64,000 nt of DNA from Raillietiella orientalis (GCA_036172245.1 JAYWIR010000060.1:558001-622000), one strand, 5' to 3'; positions 13,624 through 26,869 are shown, counted from the stretch's first letter. Translations and numbers: made by a program. Notes: generated from the letters alone by a model not told the origin.

Positions 13624-14090
13624 CTCCAGGATCCGACCATTGGAACAATCCCTGACGGCAGGCGTTGGGAAGCATCGTCTCCACGCGGGATCGGGAGCTG
13701 TCCTCCAGCCACCCAACCCTAGGGGATGTGGAGAGGAATGCAGCCTGCTGGAGCCGCCAGCGGGTGCTCAGAGGTAAGAAGGGGCGCGCGCCGAGGTCAC
13801 AACAGTCCTTCCTTGGTTCGCGCTGCCACGGAGACCCCCCGACTCTGCGAGTCCGCGACGTGACGCCCATCCTCGTGGGGCGGTCGCCGCCAAGAGCTCG
13901 CCCACGGACCGCGTAGGACAGACAGGTGGACTCTTCGCGCGACGCCGGAAGGGGGCGGGAAGGGAGAGCTTCCTGCAAAGGGCCGCTCCCTGGTGCTGCG
14001 CCCGCCGGCACGAGGGCGCCCTCGGCAGCTTTTAATCGGAGGGCGCGGCTTTTGGGAGAAGAACGCCAGCCTTCCGAGACGGCTGTGCCC
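13624..14090. repeat. Direct duplication, copy 2 (of 3839-4306)
   Basis: Direct sequence match to 3839-4306. Confidence 0.9.
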
Positions 14091-15936
14091 CTTCGGACGC
14101 TCCCAGGAAACCCGGAATCGCCCTCCCGTGCAGGGATCGGAGGACGACGGCTAGCCGACCCTCCAGGCAGCGTACTGAAGTTTTCGGGCAGGCGGCCCAC
14201 AAGACCCTGAGGTGACCCCCTTCGTTCCTGCGGAGAGCGGTCCTGAGGTTCCGGCCCCTCACAGCGCGTCGTCTGCTCCGGATCGAGCGCGGGGTGCTCT
14301 CCAACCTGCGCGTAGTCCCAGCGGGCAGGACCCGGGCAAAGGCAGGTAAGCCAAACGGCAGCCACTTCCCCGCAGCTTTCTGCCTTCAGCGCGACCTCCC
14401 TTTCCGCCACCCTGAGCGACGGGGCGTGTTTAGAGATCTTCCCTTCCCATTGCCACAGGAAGGGTCGAGCAAGGCTCCCTTGCCGCCCGCGGCAGCGCGG
14501 CATCCCCCGCGTCTTTCTCGGGGAGCTTTGGCCGGTCCGCATTTCTGCCGAGAGTCCCGTTGGGAACGGTCGTTCTCAGGGTGTGACCTGCTGACTCAGT
14601 TTTCCCCCTCTGCTTCCTACGAGCACGGACATCACCTGGAGCACTCCCTGGCGAACCCCTTGCCACGTCTACGATCCGCAAGGGTCGCCACTACCTGGAG
14701 GACGGAAGACGGCGCGACGGCCCTAGGCACAGAGGGACATTCGGATGGTCGACCCGACCAATGCGGGCACCTCCCTCTCTGTGCCTTCGGATCTTCCGTT
14801 TCGGGCCGGTGCGAAAATGCCGGTTTCCGGAACAAACTAACGGTCCGGAGCGATCCGTCCCGGCCCCATCCCTTCCCTGATCCGCCGCGCGCTCTCTCCC
14901 TGGTCCGATCCTGGGCGAGGAAAGGTGTCTTCCGCCCAGGGCCGGTCCCTTCCCCTTGGGGGAATTTGAGTCACCGGATTCCGTGTGTTTCCTTCGAGGC
15001 CAGGTCATCGCCGGACAAGGAGATGCCCAGAGGAGGGCAGGACGGGCTCACGCCGCGGGGGCGGACCCGTCGCTCGGCGTCGGATGGGCGCGCAGCCGTC
15101 TCGACCGCGGCGAGGAGCCGCTGGAGAGCCGCATATGCACGGCGGCGGGAAAGTGGGGTTCTCCTCGGCTTTCCCGGCCCGCGGGTTCACGACAGGTCCA
15201 CTCCGGGGCCCAGGGTCGGAACACCTTCCTTTTCCGTTGCCACAACGGTGCTCCAGCTGCCGCGCGAACGCGACGGAGTGACCTCGTTCGGGCAAATCGA
15301 CCTCCACCCGGAGTCTCAACTGCAGCCTCATCTATCCGGCAGTGAGAGGAGAGAAGGTCAGTGACCTCTCGACTGGAGAGGCTTCACCAGCTAGGGGTAC
15401 ACCCCGCTGAGCGCCTCCAGGCTGGGAGCTCGCGACCCCTTTGGAAGTTTCCGGCGCGGCAGGTGAGGAGCAAGGGGCAAGGCTGCGACCTGTCTCACCA
15501 GCGCCTCCTGTGGGCTGACGATACGACGGTGCGCGCGCGCGCCTTCTGACGGCAGACTGGGGAAGTGCGCGCCAGTCATTCTCCCTCGGCGTGCGGCTCG
15601 GCTGCTGCCTGCCCTCTGTGGCCCATGGCGCTCGGATTCTTCGAGAAGGTAGGTGCAGGGCAGAGGAGGGCGTGGCCCCCGAAAGCGCACTCACCGTCCT
15701 CATGTTGGTGGCGGGCGGTGGGGAGAGAAGCGACACTCTGTTGCGCTTCCTCGTGTGGAGCTGGGAGGGGTTTCCCTTTCTCGCAGCGCAGTCTCGAGCC
15801 TCTGTAGGAAAGCTCAGCCCTTCCACGGCCTTCCCGCCTGACTCCCGGAGAGGGAAGAGTCCTCGGCGGGTGACCCGCCGTCGCCTGTCCGCCCGCCCCG
15901 CCTACGGCCCGAGGTCGCCCTCTCCAGTGCTTTCAG

Positions 15937-17105
15937 GTCACTCGCCAGAGGCCCTCAGCGCGCTTCTACGCAGAGGGCATCCCTTTGGATATGGCGTTGT
16001 TTCCTGAGGGAGGAAACCTCGGACCCTTCCTCTCGGCCCATAACGAAGAGATGCAGCCTATCCCTCCTCCACGTTCCCGTGGGGCCGGGGGCTGCCCACG
16101 GCGCTCTCACGGAGGCGTTAAAGGAGGCGCTACGCGGAGCGCAAGTCAAGCAGCCCTCACTCTCCCCGACACCAAGGGGCCCTGCTCCCTTCGGAACCCT
16201 GGAGGAACCCCGAAGCTAATGTCGAACCCATCGAGCCAGGTGAGGGCCCGCGCCCAAGCGGTCCTCCCGTGTCAACTTCCCGCTGGCCCTCTCGTCCGAC
16301 CATAACGAACCCGGACTAAGAGTTGGTTTTCTTAGCAGCCACCCGGAGAGCCACGAGTCACCGGCGAACCACCTACGGAGGAGGAGGACGCGGCCCGGAT
16401 CCTGATGCAGGAACAAGATGGTTGCACCAAGCCCTCGGAGACCCCCGGAGAAGGAAGAGGGGCCGAGGTTTTGCCCACTGGGTGGACCCCGCCCGCCGTC
16501 GCTCCTCGCGAACGCCCGCGGAGTGATCCGGGAGGGCCCGTGGTGGTCGCATGCGCAATCGCCTTGGTGGACTGCGTGCCCGGGCCCTATGGCTGCAACG
16601 AGCTGCCCTTCCTGGTGAGTGCGCCCTCACGTGATCATGGAGGCGGCGACCCCGCCCCACGAGCTCCCCCTGCCGGCTTCTCCGCAGCGTGGAGACATCA
16701 TTGACGTGCTGGAGATGAACCCCAGCGGCATTTGGAAGGGCGCGGCCCACGGGCGCGTGGGCAGCTTCAAGTTCGTCAGCGTTGACGTCATCCCGGAGGA
16801 GCCACTCCTCAAGCTCCGCTCCGGGATTCCTCCGCGGCGTCGGCCCGCCAGCTTCGAGGAGTTCCTGCAGGAGGAGCAGCTGCAGGTATCGCGGGCCTAG
16901 CGCCATTCCGGGGGCATCCCTTCCCCTTCCCTCTTGACTGCAGAGCTACGCGCCGCTCCTCTCTCTCCATGGATACGACGCGCCCCAGCAGGTGGCGCAG
17001 CTGCGCGACGGCGACCTGCGCGAGCTAGGCGTGCAGGACCCTGGCGCCCGCCAGCGACTCCTCAGCGCTGCCAGGCGGCTCACTCTCGGAGACGGCGGCG
17101 CGTGA
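15937..17105 (+). CDS. Spliced host gene: SH3- and SAM-domain protein, SASH1/SAMSN1 (SLY family)-like; 5' end unresolved
   Basis: Exons 15937-16239 (tentative), 16336-16614, 16688-16885 and 16944-17105, joined by phase-0 GT..AG introns (16240-16335, 16615-16687, 16886-16943). Splicing gives SH3 CAIALVDCVPGPYGCNELPFL|RGDIIDVLEMNPSGIWKGAAHGRVGSFKFVSVDVI and SAM SFEEFLQEEQLQ|SYAPLLSLHGYD..QLRDGDLRELGVQDPGARQRLLSAARRL, ending at TGA 17103-17105. Confidence 0.85.
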
Positions 17106-20100
17106 TCTGGGGCAAGCCCCGCGAAGCGAGGGGAACCCGACCTTCCTCACTTCCGGCCCCTTATGGAAGGGCGAGTGCCGCTGCTGGCCGTCACAGGCAC
17201 CGAACGACGCGTACGCCATGAGGATATTCGTGGGAGCGGGGAGCCCCACGCCCACCCGGAGCCCTTCCCTTTTCGCTCTCATCTGCTAGCCCGCAGATGA
17301 GGCCGCTTGAAGGTCTCAGCCTTCCCAATGGAGTCCGCAGAGGTGACCAGGAGTCCTCCCTCTCTCCGGCCGGCTCGGTCCGCATCCCGAGCTCTCACCC
17401 TTCGTCGCAGTCCTCCCGGGAGAGCGATCCGAGATCTCCGCTCGCAGGTGCGAGGGGTGCTTCTCTAGGGATGAACCCAATGGGGATTAGCGGAAGCTTC
17501 GCTGATATCCGGAGTACGCTCAGCCTCCAAAACGCCGAGGATGAGGGCACACTTGGGGCAGGAGGTTTGGTCGCCGGAACGACGGCCACGCGATGCCAGT
17601 ACCTGCGGCGATTCCTCGCTGTTCCTGCGAGAGACGGCCAACTCTCCTGGTTCCTCAAGAACGCCTGAGTGATTTTGCCGCCTGAGTGATTTTGCCCAGA
17701 GATGATATGCAAGGAGCCGGAAGAATCTTCTAGCGGCTAGTCCCTGTGGAACCTTACCGTGCACAGCGGCTTGGGCTGGAAAGACGGAGGACCGCAGGGA
17801 AGGCGCGGGACCTGCGCTCTGGAAGAGACTGGGAGAGGGACGAAGAAAGCCGAGGTTTCCCCAGAAAGGACAGCCTAGAAGGATCGAACGGTTCTCCCGA
17901 AAGTGGGAGAAAGGCTTGCGGATCGCCGAGCAAGCCTTGAATAAAGCTGGCATGATTCCGTGAACGACAAGAAGGATCCGAGTCGAACTGAGAGCGGGGA
18001 GGGCGGGGGCGCACCACGTGGGTCTCTACGATTCTCGCAGCGGTCCCTTCTGGGCGGAGTCACCCGTTTTGGGCACTCTTGCAACGGGCGTTCGGCGCGC
18101 GAACCACCGCCAGGCAGAGGCCGGCCGCCAAGGTCGGGGGCTCCTCGTGAGTCCACTGGTCTTCTCGAGGGAAGGAGGGGTCGGGACTGCCGCCCCAGCG
18201 CGGGGAAGATCCACCCGCGCTCGTTTACGCGAGTGGGTCTCCAGCTCCATGGTTCTGGACCTACGAATCGCTTCTCGGAGCACCCCTCCGGAAGCGCCTC
18301 ACGTGAGTGGGTGTGAGAAGGACCCTTCCTCCTCCAGAGTTTCCGCTTCCTCCAGGAGGCTTCCAGGAGCGATGGCTCCCTCGTGTACACTTCCCGAGAG
18401 GCTCGAAAGCTCGTGGGATGTGCAGCTTCGCCTTCCACTGCATGTGTACCAGGATGGACCGAACTTCCCGAAATTGTCGCCCTTATTCCACCTGGTTGCT
18501 GGAAGAGGGTGGCACGGTCTCTCCTATTCCGCGGGGTTTCTGGAAGAGAAGGTCGAGTTTGCCTTTCGTGGGAGAACGGATAATTCCTGCTACGCGCACA
18601 GGCGATCCAAGGGATGAGCTCCTTGTCGGATCCTTCAGGAGTGCCCTGGCGCGTTACGAAGCTTGAGGCCCCGACCTTGAACTTCCTTATCAGGTGCGGC
18701 GATAACGGGGCTGCTCCGCGCCGGCGGACGGTCCGGGAGGGGGCGGCTGCCGTTGCGAGCGTGCGTTCCCATCGGCTGTCTCTTCCCGCACGCTCGCAGA
18801 AGTGGAGTGCCCTCAGCGCGTCTCCCCGTTCCGTCGCCCGTCGCGGCGGCCCGTCCTTCCGACATCCGCCCGCGCCGGCAGTACCTGGAACGCGCGCTGC
18901 CCGCCAGCCAGGCGAGAGGGCTTCAAGCGGCCTCGGAAGGGCTCCGGGCGCCCCTTCGGGCCGCGAATCGCGAGCTCGCCGATAACCGCTGCAGGATTCT
19001 TCGGACTAGGGAAGCATGGATATCCGCCGGCCATGGCGGGAAGACGAGAGGAAGCCGATCTCCTTCCAGAGCGCCCAAGGGTGTGTCCGGAGCGGTGCTA
19101 CGCCGAGGACCTGCGCCGTTCAAGCACCTGGACAGCTCCTCTTTGTCACGCCACCAGGGATCGCGCATTATTCGGGAGGTTCCTTGTGGTCCTCCGCTCT
19201 TTGGCTCCGGTGGACAGATGATTGCCATTCCTACTGCCCCTGCTAAAGGGCGCGCCCGCTTCCCACTCTCCTTCCTGTCAGAGTCCTTCGAGAGCCCTTC
19301 TCCCGCCAGTTCGCCGCTCATTTCAGACTGTGTGCGATGTCCACTAGTGACCATAAAATTAGCCGACTCTGTGGCTTCTGGAAATCAACAGCACTCTGGG
19401 AAAACGGTAGGCGCTCCAGGAAGCTTTTGCTCTCTTCAAAGACCTCTACGGAGCTCTCAAGAAGGAGATTTTTTGCGGAGCGTCGCTTCCGGGATGGTGG
19501 AAAATTGAGAGCTCCTGTGGATCGGTTAGACCACGCCCAGAGGCGTCCCTCTGGAGCGCCTGTCGCAGAACCGGAGGCGGCCGCCCGACTCTTCCGCTCT
19601 CCCTTCGCTGCCCATCTCGGATAGCTGCCCTGCTGCGTAAGAGGAACGCGCCCCCACCGGCGGGTCGACCTGAGCGAGGGGGGGTCATCCCTTAAAGTCG
19701 CGGCGTGTCAGTGACTATCCTGTAACTGCTGCCGCCCGAGGAAATCGGCAGCCTAGCGACCCGGGCTGAACGGAAGCCCCTCAAAGGTTGGCGTTCGAGA
19801 GCAGGTCGATGTCTCTCGCCCCCAGTTGGTGACCATGGGGAGCGCGGGGTCCCCTGGCGCGCGCAAAAGGTTAGCTCTGGCCGTGTCCGTGGGGTGTTAC
19901 TGAGACTTCCCCCGGGATCACGGTGGGGAGGTGGGAATAGTCTCTTCCTGGCACTTGACAGGCGCTCAGCCATACGGGTGAAACTCCTGGTTGAACCACA
20001 GCTGCGGACTGGCTGGGCGCGGAAGCTGATGCCCCGGCCCGAAGCATTAGCGGGTGTGAACCGATATCACTGAAGGGACCCCTGCCAGGCTCGCGCGCCG

Positions 20101-22266
20101 GATATTCCTGGGCGATGGATCTCGCCCCTGCGTCCGGACGCGTCCAGAGGGCGGCGCATTCCCAACGACGCCTTCCCGCCCGCGGCCGCCGTGACGCTCG
20201 CCCTTAAAGTGTTCCCGCTCGAGTGTCGCTGAGCCACCTCGCCGCCGTGGTCGCGCCCTTCTGACTCCTCGCCCGCCTCCGTGTCCCGCCGACGCGGAGC
20301 CGCCGGCTCTCTAAGCTCCAGGAGCTGCTGCTCTTCCGGCTGCCACGCGTCCGAGGTCAGTCTGATGAACCTTCTTCATGCTCCTGGAGGCGCACCGCCG
20401 AGCTCCGGGTCAGCGTGAGATCAGCCGCTGGGGCATCGTCCATGTGTCTGCGGAGGAAAGGCGGCTGCTCTGGGACAGGAAAACGGCCGGAACCTCTTCC
20501 GGGCGCACTTCCGTCACTCCCTTGTCCCACATCCTCGTGTTTCCGTGGATGCCCTTCCTCACGAGATCTCCACGGTCACCATCGTGGACTTTGCAGGTAG
20601 CTGCTCGACGATAGCTCGTCGATGCACTTCCCTGTCTTTGAGACGGGTGCTTCCGGGATCGACGACGGCTGCCCTTTGGCTGGAAGCCGCGGCCGCTTTG
20701 CCCTTCCAATGCCTCGGAATCCACTCGAGGCAGAAGTTCCGGAACCCCAACGCCGAGTCTTCCGGGAGCGCCGTCCCGGAACGCACTCTCAGGAGATCGT
20801 CAATCAGCTGATTTTCCCCACGAGGGATGACGCCCTCGGCACGAACGGCCGAGGGCCTCGCCGCTCGTTCCAGCGGGTTTGCGTCACTGCGTGCTCCGCT
20901 CCCGGGCGCTCGGTGGGCCGACGGAGCGACAGCATCTAGGAGGCTGGCGCGTTCTCCTCCGCTTCCGCCTCGTGGATTTTCCCGGAGGGCACCCTGAGGT
21001 CGGGAAAGGGGGGTCTCCGGAAGCGAACTCGGGCTGCCGAGTCCTGAGCAGCCGTTGGACGTGGGGGAAAGGAAAGTTCGAGGCGGGTGCGCTTATCCTG
21101 CGACCTTTCTCGCGCAGCTTTCTACGCACTTGCTGATTTGGGGCCCGTCTCATCCTCCACGCAGCCTTCGCCCCGATTTCGCAACCCAGTCGAGCAGGAT
21201 AAGGAGGCTTCTTGCGCGCAGCTCACTAGTGGCCTCTCTCCGCGCGTTCGGGTAGCTCAGGAGACGGAGAACGGGCGGAAAGTGCCATGAAAATTTCGGC
21301 GTCCGGTTCGCTCTCAAAAAGCAAACGTCTCAGTTGCTTCGCGAGCACATCCCTCGAGTATCTTCACGCATTTCTTGATGATATGCGTGCATCGGTCCTC
21401 GAGCGGGAGGAAGACAAACACCCGGCATTGCAAATAGAGGGCGCTGATGCCATCAAAAGAACAGATTCCATGAACGAAACCACAGAGCTGTTTACGAACG
21501 GAGTTGCAGCAGACCACAGAAATTCAGCAGCACTCCAGGGGTGAGGCACTTCTCTCGGAAGACTGAGCACGTTTCCCCAAAGGGTAAAGTTCCAGATCCC
21601 GGTGCCCTGAAAGGAAGGAACTTTGACAAAAGAGAGTGAAGAAAACGGTCCATCATCTCGGTGGTGCAGATGGTGGTGCCGCGAGTCTTACGTCCTCCAC
21701 CCTTTCACTCTGATTCCCTGTTTTGACGCACCAGATGGCGTTTTCGGCAGGGGCAGACGCTCCGGGAACGGCGGCGACCCACTGCACGCGCACGAGGTGC
21801 GCGTGGCCAGGGGGGAGCCCCTGAGTCGCCACATCCGGAGCGAGAAAGCCAACGAAGGGGAAGAAGGAACTGCGATCCTGCCGATCGGGACTGCTGCCGC
21901 AAGAGAAAAGTGGGGGCTGAATTCTGCGTGGCGAAGGAGGAAGAGCGGAGGCGTGGAGACTGTAAGCCGAATCTGAGAGGTGACCTGTTAACGGTGGAAC
22001 TGGCGCGACCCGCAAGCCACATCAGCTCCACAGCCAAATCTTCGTCCGAGTCGGCTGACAACTTCAGGCAGGTGCCCCCCTGCGCTTCGGGAGGAGCAGA
22101 CGGGCCGCCCTCCAACTTTCTGCTGCCCCTTCGGAAGATGCGAGGAAGGCAGAAAGGGCGACGAAAGGAGGGATCGGCTTTGCTCTTTCCTTCTCGAGGG
22201 GAACGGGAGTCGGTCCGTGTTCAGTCGGGTTGTGGGATCCCGGAAACCCGACTTCCCTCCGAAATA

Positions 22267-22575
22267 CAATGGTGCCTCGGTACTCGACGATGTCCGAACA
22301 CATCAAATTCGGTACTCGTCGCATTTCGAAAAGAAAAAATGTTTCGACACTCGGCGCACGCTCGGAACTCGATATCCCACATGATGAAACAACTGAACGC
22401 TTTAGTCTCATGGCAGCTCGCGAGCAGTGCAGAACACTTCATGGAATGTCTCACGAATCGTTCCCTATTCGTGTGCTTCCTGCTCAATTTAATCCTTATT
22501 CATAGTTATATAAAAAATTCGTTCTGTACTCATCAGTTTCGGCACGAATAACCGACGAGTACCGGGGTATCACTG
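22267..22575. mobile_element. pogo/Tigger-like (Tc1/mariner superfamily) MITE, 309 bp
   Basis: Imperfect 23-bp TIRs: CAATGGTGCCTCGGTACTCGACG on the left vs CAGTGATACCCCGGTACTCGTCG (reverse complement of the right end). TA on the left flank (TC on the right), internal sub-repeat CGGTACTCGTCG at 22310, no coding capacity. Confidence 0.65.
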
Positions 22576-23499
22576 TCACGCGCTCTGTATGCGCTATGCA
22601 TAAGGCTGTTCGGCGTGGGGCGCAGGCAAAGCATCTCTCGGGGCGCGATCCAGGTCACCGGGCAGCCGAAGCGGTTGGAAGCAGCTCTCCGTGATGCTAT
22701 CAGCCCCCTCTACATTCGTGGGATGCAACGACGCACTCCAGGAGCTCCCATCTCGAGCAACGTTTGGAGCAAAAACGAAGGGGAGGGGCTGAACTCCTAG
22801 GCGCTCGACTGGGAAACCGTCTAAAAGATCGGACAGCTAGAGGGGCGGGTCCGCATGACACGGGAGGCGAGAGCATTCTGGACTCGGGCGAGTTCTTCCT
22901 CCTGGACGCGGAATAGGGAATCGCGCAGTGATTTTTCGGGAAAAACGCAAAGCGGGGTTCCTCAGAAGAACAATAGTAGAAGCATTCAAGAGAAGTAAAA
23001 GACCTGAAACGCAGAAGAATCGTGTGGCCGCGTTTCAGCAGCTCCCCCCGAACGGAAGAAACCGTGGCTGCATCACGCCTGGAAATGGGCGGTCGCGGCA
23101 GGACGCGGGTGACTCACGCGCAGCGCAGAGAACCTGAGAGGGTTTTGGCGCTCGGGTCAGGGCCATGCTGCACCGCCAGGGGCACCGCGACTCCGGCGTT
23201 TCCTTAGGCGAGACGCGGACCCGCATGTCCGGAATCCCCTTGTAGAGCAGCGGAAAGCGCCCGCTCTAGGCAGAGGCGAAGGTGCCTTAAGCGCGAGAAG
23301 AGATGTCAGGGACCACTTGCGGAAACCATCCTCATCCGACGGATCTGTCGAGCGCCCGAGGGGATCTCGCACAGACATTCACTGCGACGAGGAGATCTGG
23401 TGAAAGAGAGAGAAAGGGAAGAGAGAAAAGTCATACCTGGAGGTCCTGAGGTAGCGTGCCGAGGAAGCAATCCATCCGCCTCTTCCTCTCCGTTCCAAC

Positions 23500-24060
23500 C
23501 ACATTTTCAGGCGGTGTTCTGGCACCTACATCTCGGCCGGTAGTTCAAACTGCTCCTGCGGTTGACCTCGTCTGGGATGGCACAATGTTGACCTCTTGAT
23601 TCGCTGCCGGCATCGCCTGGAGCGCCACCAAGTATGGGTCGCTCCTTCATCGGTTGGGTGAAGAAGAGCTGCCCCTTCCCCCTTCGTCGGTTGGTCACCT
23701 TGAACGAGGGCATCTCACCTTGCAAATGACACGTCTAGAGAAGCAAGATGAGGGCGAACATCAAAGTTCCCCGAAGAAGAGAGTGGGCAGGAAGAACCTT
23801 CCTTGCTGCGGTACTGCCTACCCTCCAAGACCATCTAGGCAGTGACATCGCGGCAGAATGGGAGCTTAGCATCAAGATCTCGGTGAGGGAAAAAAAGATC
23901 GGGAATGGAGAACGAGCCAGCTGACCAACGCTGCGACCCCGAGTACCACCCTACACGGACTCTGGCACTGGCGCGAGCTACAGGATGTTTCGGAGGAACA
24001 TCTCAAGTGGTGACGGTGCTCACGTACCCTCCCCATGAAGTGGGAACAGTCGGCACTGCT
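23500..24060 (+). mobile_element. E2: decayed Tx1-like ORF2 fragment, cut at MKWEQSALL by E3
   Basis: Homologous to the reverse complement of the 36538-36900 part of E9 (HLGSDIAA, PMKWEQSALL); left boundary approximate. Confidence 0.75.
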
Positions 24061-24990
24061 TTCACACCCGGGTGAGCCGGGGCGTTTATTTTTGCAAAAA
24101 AAACAAACAAGCATGTGTAGGGTCATTGCTCTTACAGCGTCCGATAGAAACTCTGAACTTGCCGAGTAGCCAGCGCGCAGGTCGGCGAGTTCGACTCTGC
24201 AGCAAAGGGGGAAGGGACAAATAGGAACAAAAAAAAAAACACTATTTAAAAAAGCAGGGAGAAATTGGGGAAGGGATCACGTTCCGCTAAGGTCGTCCTC
24301 TACATCCTTTCGAGGATTCCGGCAAGTTCAGCCCGCATACGTCCCAGATGGGACCATCCGGCTGCAGTCCTCAGGAAGCGCAGGGAGGAGCAGATGGCGT
24401 CCCTATCGTTCGGTCCACCAGTGGCGTTGCTCCAGGCCGCCACAATATCTCGTGGGCTGCAGAGGGCTCCAAGAACCGCAGCAGGCGAAAGGGCGTCGAG
24501 CACAAAGAGGCGCTTCAATACGTCTCTGGGGTTGTTCATGAATGCTCCTAGGGTTGTTGCAAAACGCAACCGCAGAGGTCGGAGGGCAACACAGTCAAGA
24601 ATCAGGTCCGGAAGTGATTCCTGCTCCCCGCATTTGACAAAGTTTGGGTCCAAATGGAGAACATGGGGAGCAGCAGCAGAAGATCGTCCGCATACGACGC
24701 TACGGCCGGTGTACCTGGGCACACGCGCGGCTGGCTACCAAGAGTCTCCCTGTACGCCCTCAGCACCAGCTCGAAAAAGGTTCTGAAAAGCAAGGGACTC
24801 AAGCTGTTGCCCTGACGTGTCTCGCGGCGCATCGGCACATCGAACAGGTTTCATCCGCTGAAACAGAAATTGGTCAGCGCGTCGCGCCAGAAAGAGCTCA
24901 GAAAGGCCATTAAAAAGGCCAAAAATCGCAAGCGCTCTAAAGCTCCAGCAGGAGCTTCTGGTCTACGCAGTCGAGCGATTTGCTCTGCAC
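24061..24990 (-). mobile_element. E3: 5'-truncated, internally deleted Tx1-like element (E8-like)
   Basis: RQGNSLSPLLF..YADDLLLLLPM joined directly to DPNFVKCGEQESLPDL; 3' UTR with family hairpins; 3' end abuts E2. Confidence 0.85.
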
Positions 24991-25004
24991 CGTCTACCTG
25001 CAGC

Positions 25005-25219
25005 ATTTGTGTACGCGGTCCGTAACCAAAGGGCCTATCTACAGACTCGACGTTACGCCAGGACCCCCGACATCTGCAGGATAGCGGAATACAAAGCGGG
25101 AGCCGAGAGGCAAGCTTGGCAATCCGGGTCGGCCAGCTTGCTGGACGAGCAGGGCCGGGAGCATTCGGCTCCTGCTCAGAAGCGCGGGATTGTCCGGAAA
25201 CTTTACTCCTCCCTGTACG
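25005..25219 (+). mobile_element. E4: short ORF2 linker fragment (E9/E12-like), cut by E5
   Basis: RRYARTPDICRIAEYKAGAERQAWQSGSASLLDEQGREHSAPAQKRGIVRKLYSSLY matches the E12 linker. Confidence 0.85.
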
Positions 25220-26866
25220 TTGCCACCCGGTCACGCCGGGGCGTTTAATATAAACTCTTTCTACATTTCATGGTACTAGGCCCCACTACGGCCAACATAA
25301 CAGGACCTGCCGGGTCGCCGGTACGCAGACCGGCGCGACTTTTCTCGGCAGCGTTAGGGGATGGGGGAAAAAACAAAAAGAAAAATAAAACGTAAAAACA
25401 AAAAAAAAAAATTTCGGAGGGATGGGAAGCGATCACTGACCACTGGGAGGAGGGTCCATCCTTTGCAGGATGCCCTCCAGGTCCGTCCGTATAATTCCCA
25501 GGTGGGGCCATCTGGTCGCAATCCGCAGGTAGCGGCATCCCTGTCGTGGCTCGGTCTTCTTACGTCGCTCCAGCACGTCACGATCCCACGTACGCAGCAA
25601 AGTGCAGCCAGGACAGCGGATGGTCGCAGGGTATCCCGCACGAACAGAAGCCGAAAAACGTCTCTGGGCTGGCTGTCCTCCTGGATCCGTAGGGAGGCAC
25701 GAAGACGTTCCCACAGGGCTCGTAGGGCAGCACAATCAACAAGGAGGTAAATAAGGGTTTCCCGCTCCCCACACCTGATGCAGGCAGGATCAACTCGACC
25801 CCTAGTCCAGTGGTAACGTCGTGCGTTGCAGGGTAATCCCCAATGCAACAACAGGAGCGCCGAATCCTGCCACTTCAGGGGGAGCATCCTCGAACCAATG
25901 AATACTAAGGGCCACTTGAGGTCATCCATCGGGATACCGAGCAGCTCGCCCCATTTCTTTAAACCACGCGGGAGGACACTTCGGGTAGTGGCATCGGCCA
26001 GCTGCGCCGTGGTCCAGCCGCTTAACTTCTTCTCTCTGCCTGCGATTCGGCAGTAGACTTGCCACCTAGGCATGCGGCTGCTGGAGAGCGCCCTCCTCAG
26101 GAAGGGCATCGCCGTAGCTAGGGTCGTAGTGTCGGCCCACGCGCACCGGGCGGGAAACTGCAAGAAGGTCCGCAGGCTGTTGCGGGCGCGGTTGTAAAAT
26201 CGCAGGCTGTTGTAGCTTTCTCCACCTTAGGCATTTAACCTCGCCCACGTTCCAAGAGATTCCTCCAGCCATGCGGAGGAGTTGGCGAAGCTGCATACCA
26301 TCCAGCTGTTTACCTTAGCCAGAGTCATGCCATGCGTCCCAGGAGAAGTCCGCATGTCTTGAACTTCACGCCACGGCACAAAAGATAAGACGCGAGACCC
26401 TCCGTCCCGCATGCACATCTGGTAAGGAGTCGGCCCGGAACGCATCAAAGGGTGCTCCACAACTTCGCTGCGATGGCGAGAGTTCGCCATGGCAGCGAAG
26501 GAATGTGGAATGCCATCCCCAACCGCCTTTGCCGGGGTGGACATTGGCAACAAGAGCAGAAGATCGTCGGCGTACGCTGCTACGGCGGGCATGCCGGGGC
26601 ACCAGCTCGGCAGGGGGGCCAAAGTCACCCTGTACGCTCTCAGCAGCAGCTCGAAGTACGTGCTGAAGAGCAGGGGGATTGAGGCTATCTCCCTGGCATA
26701 TGCCCCGCCGTACCGGAACGACGTACACCTTTTGACCGCTGAAAGAGACGGTGATTATCGCATTCCGCCAGCAAGAGTGCAGGTAGGAAATCAGGGAAGG
26801 TGGGGAGCCCATGCGACAAAGGAGCTCCAAGAGGAGTTCCTGGTCCACGCACTCGACCGCCTTGTG
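25220..26866 (-). mobile_element. E5: Tx1-like ORF2 3' half with internal deletion (E13-like) + 3' UTR
   Basis: DQELLLELL..RRGICQGDSL, YADDLLLLLPM, zinc finger CIRCGERETL; family 3' hairpins at 25226-25249 and 25315-25336. Confidence 0.9.
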
Positions 26867-26869
26867 CGC

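Noticed and set aside
1360..23400. Many long ORFs (e.g. 1878..2738, 4684..5571, 13253..14542, 14294..15364, 18753..19508)
   Set aside because: Arg/Pro/Gly/Ser-rich, overlapping in several frames, no recognisable domains; expected by chance in GC-rich DNA.
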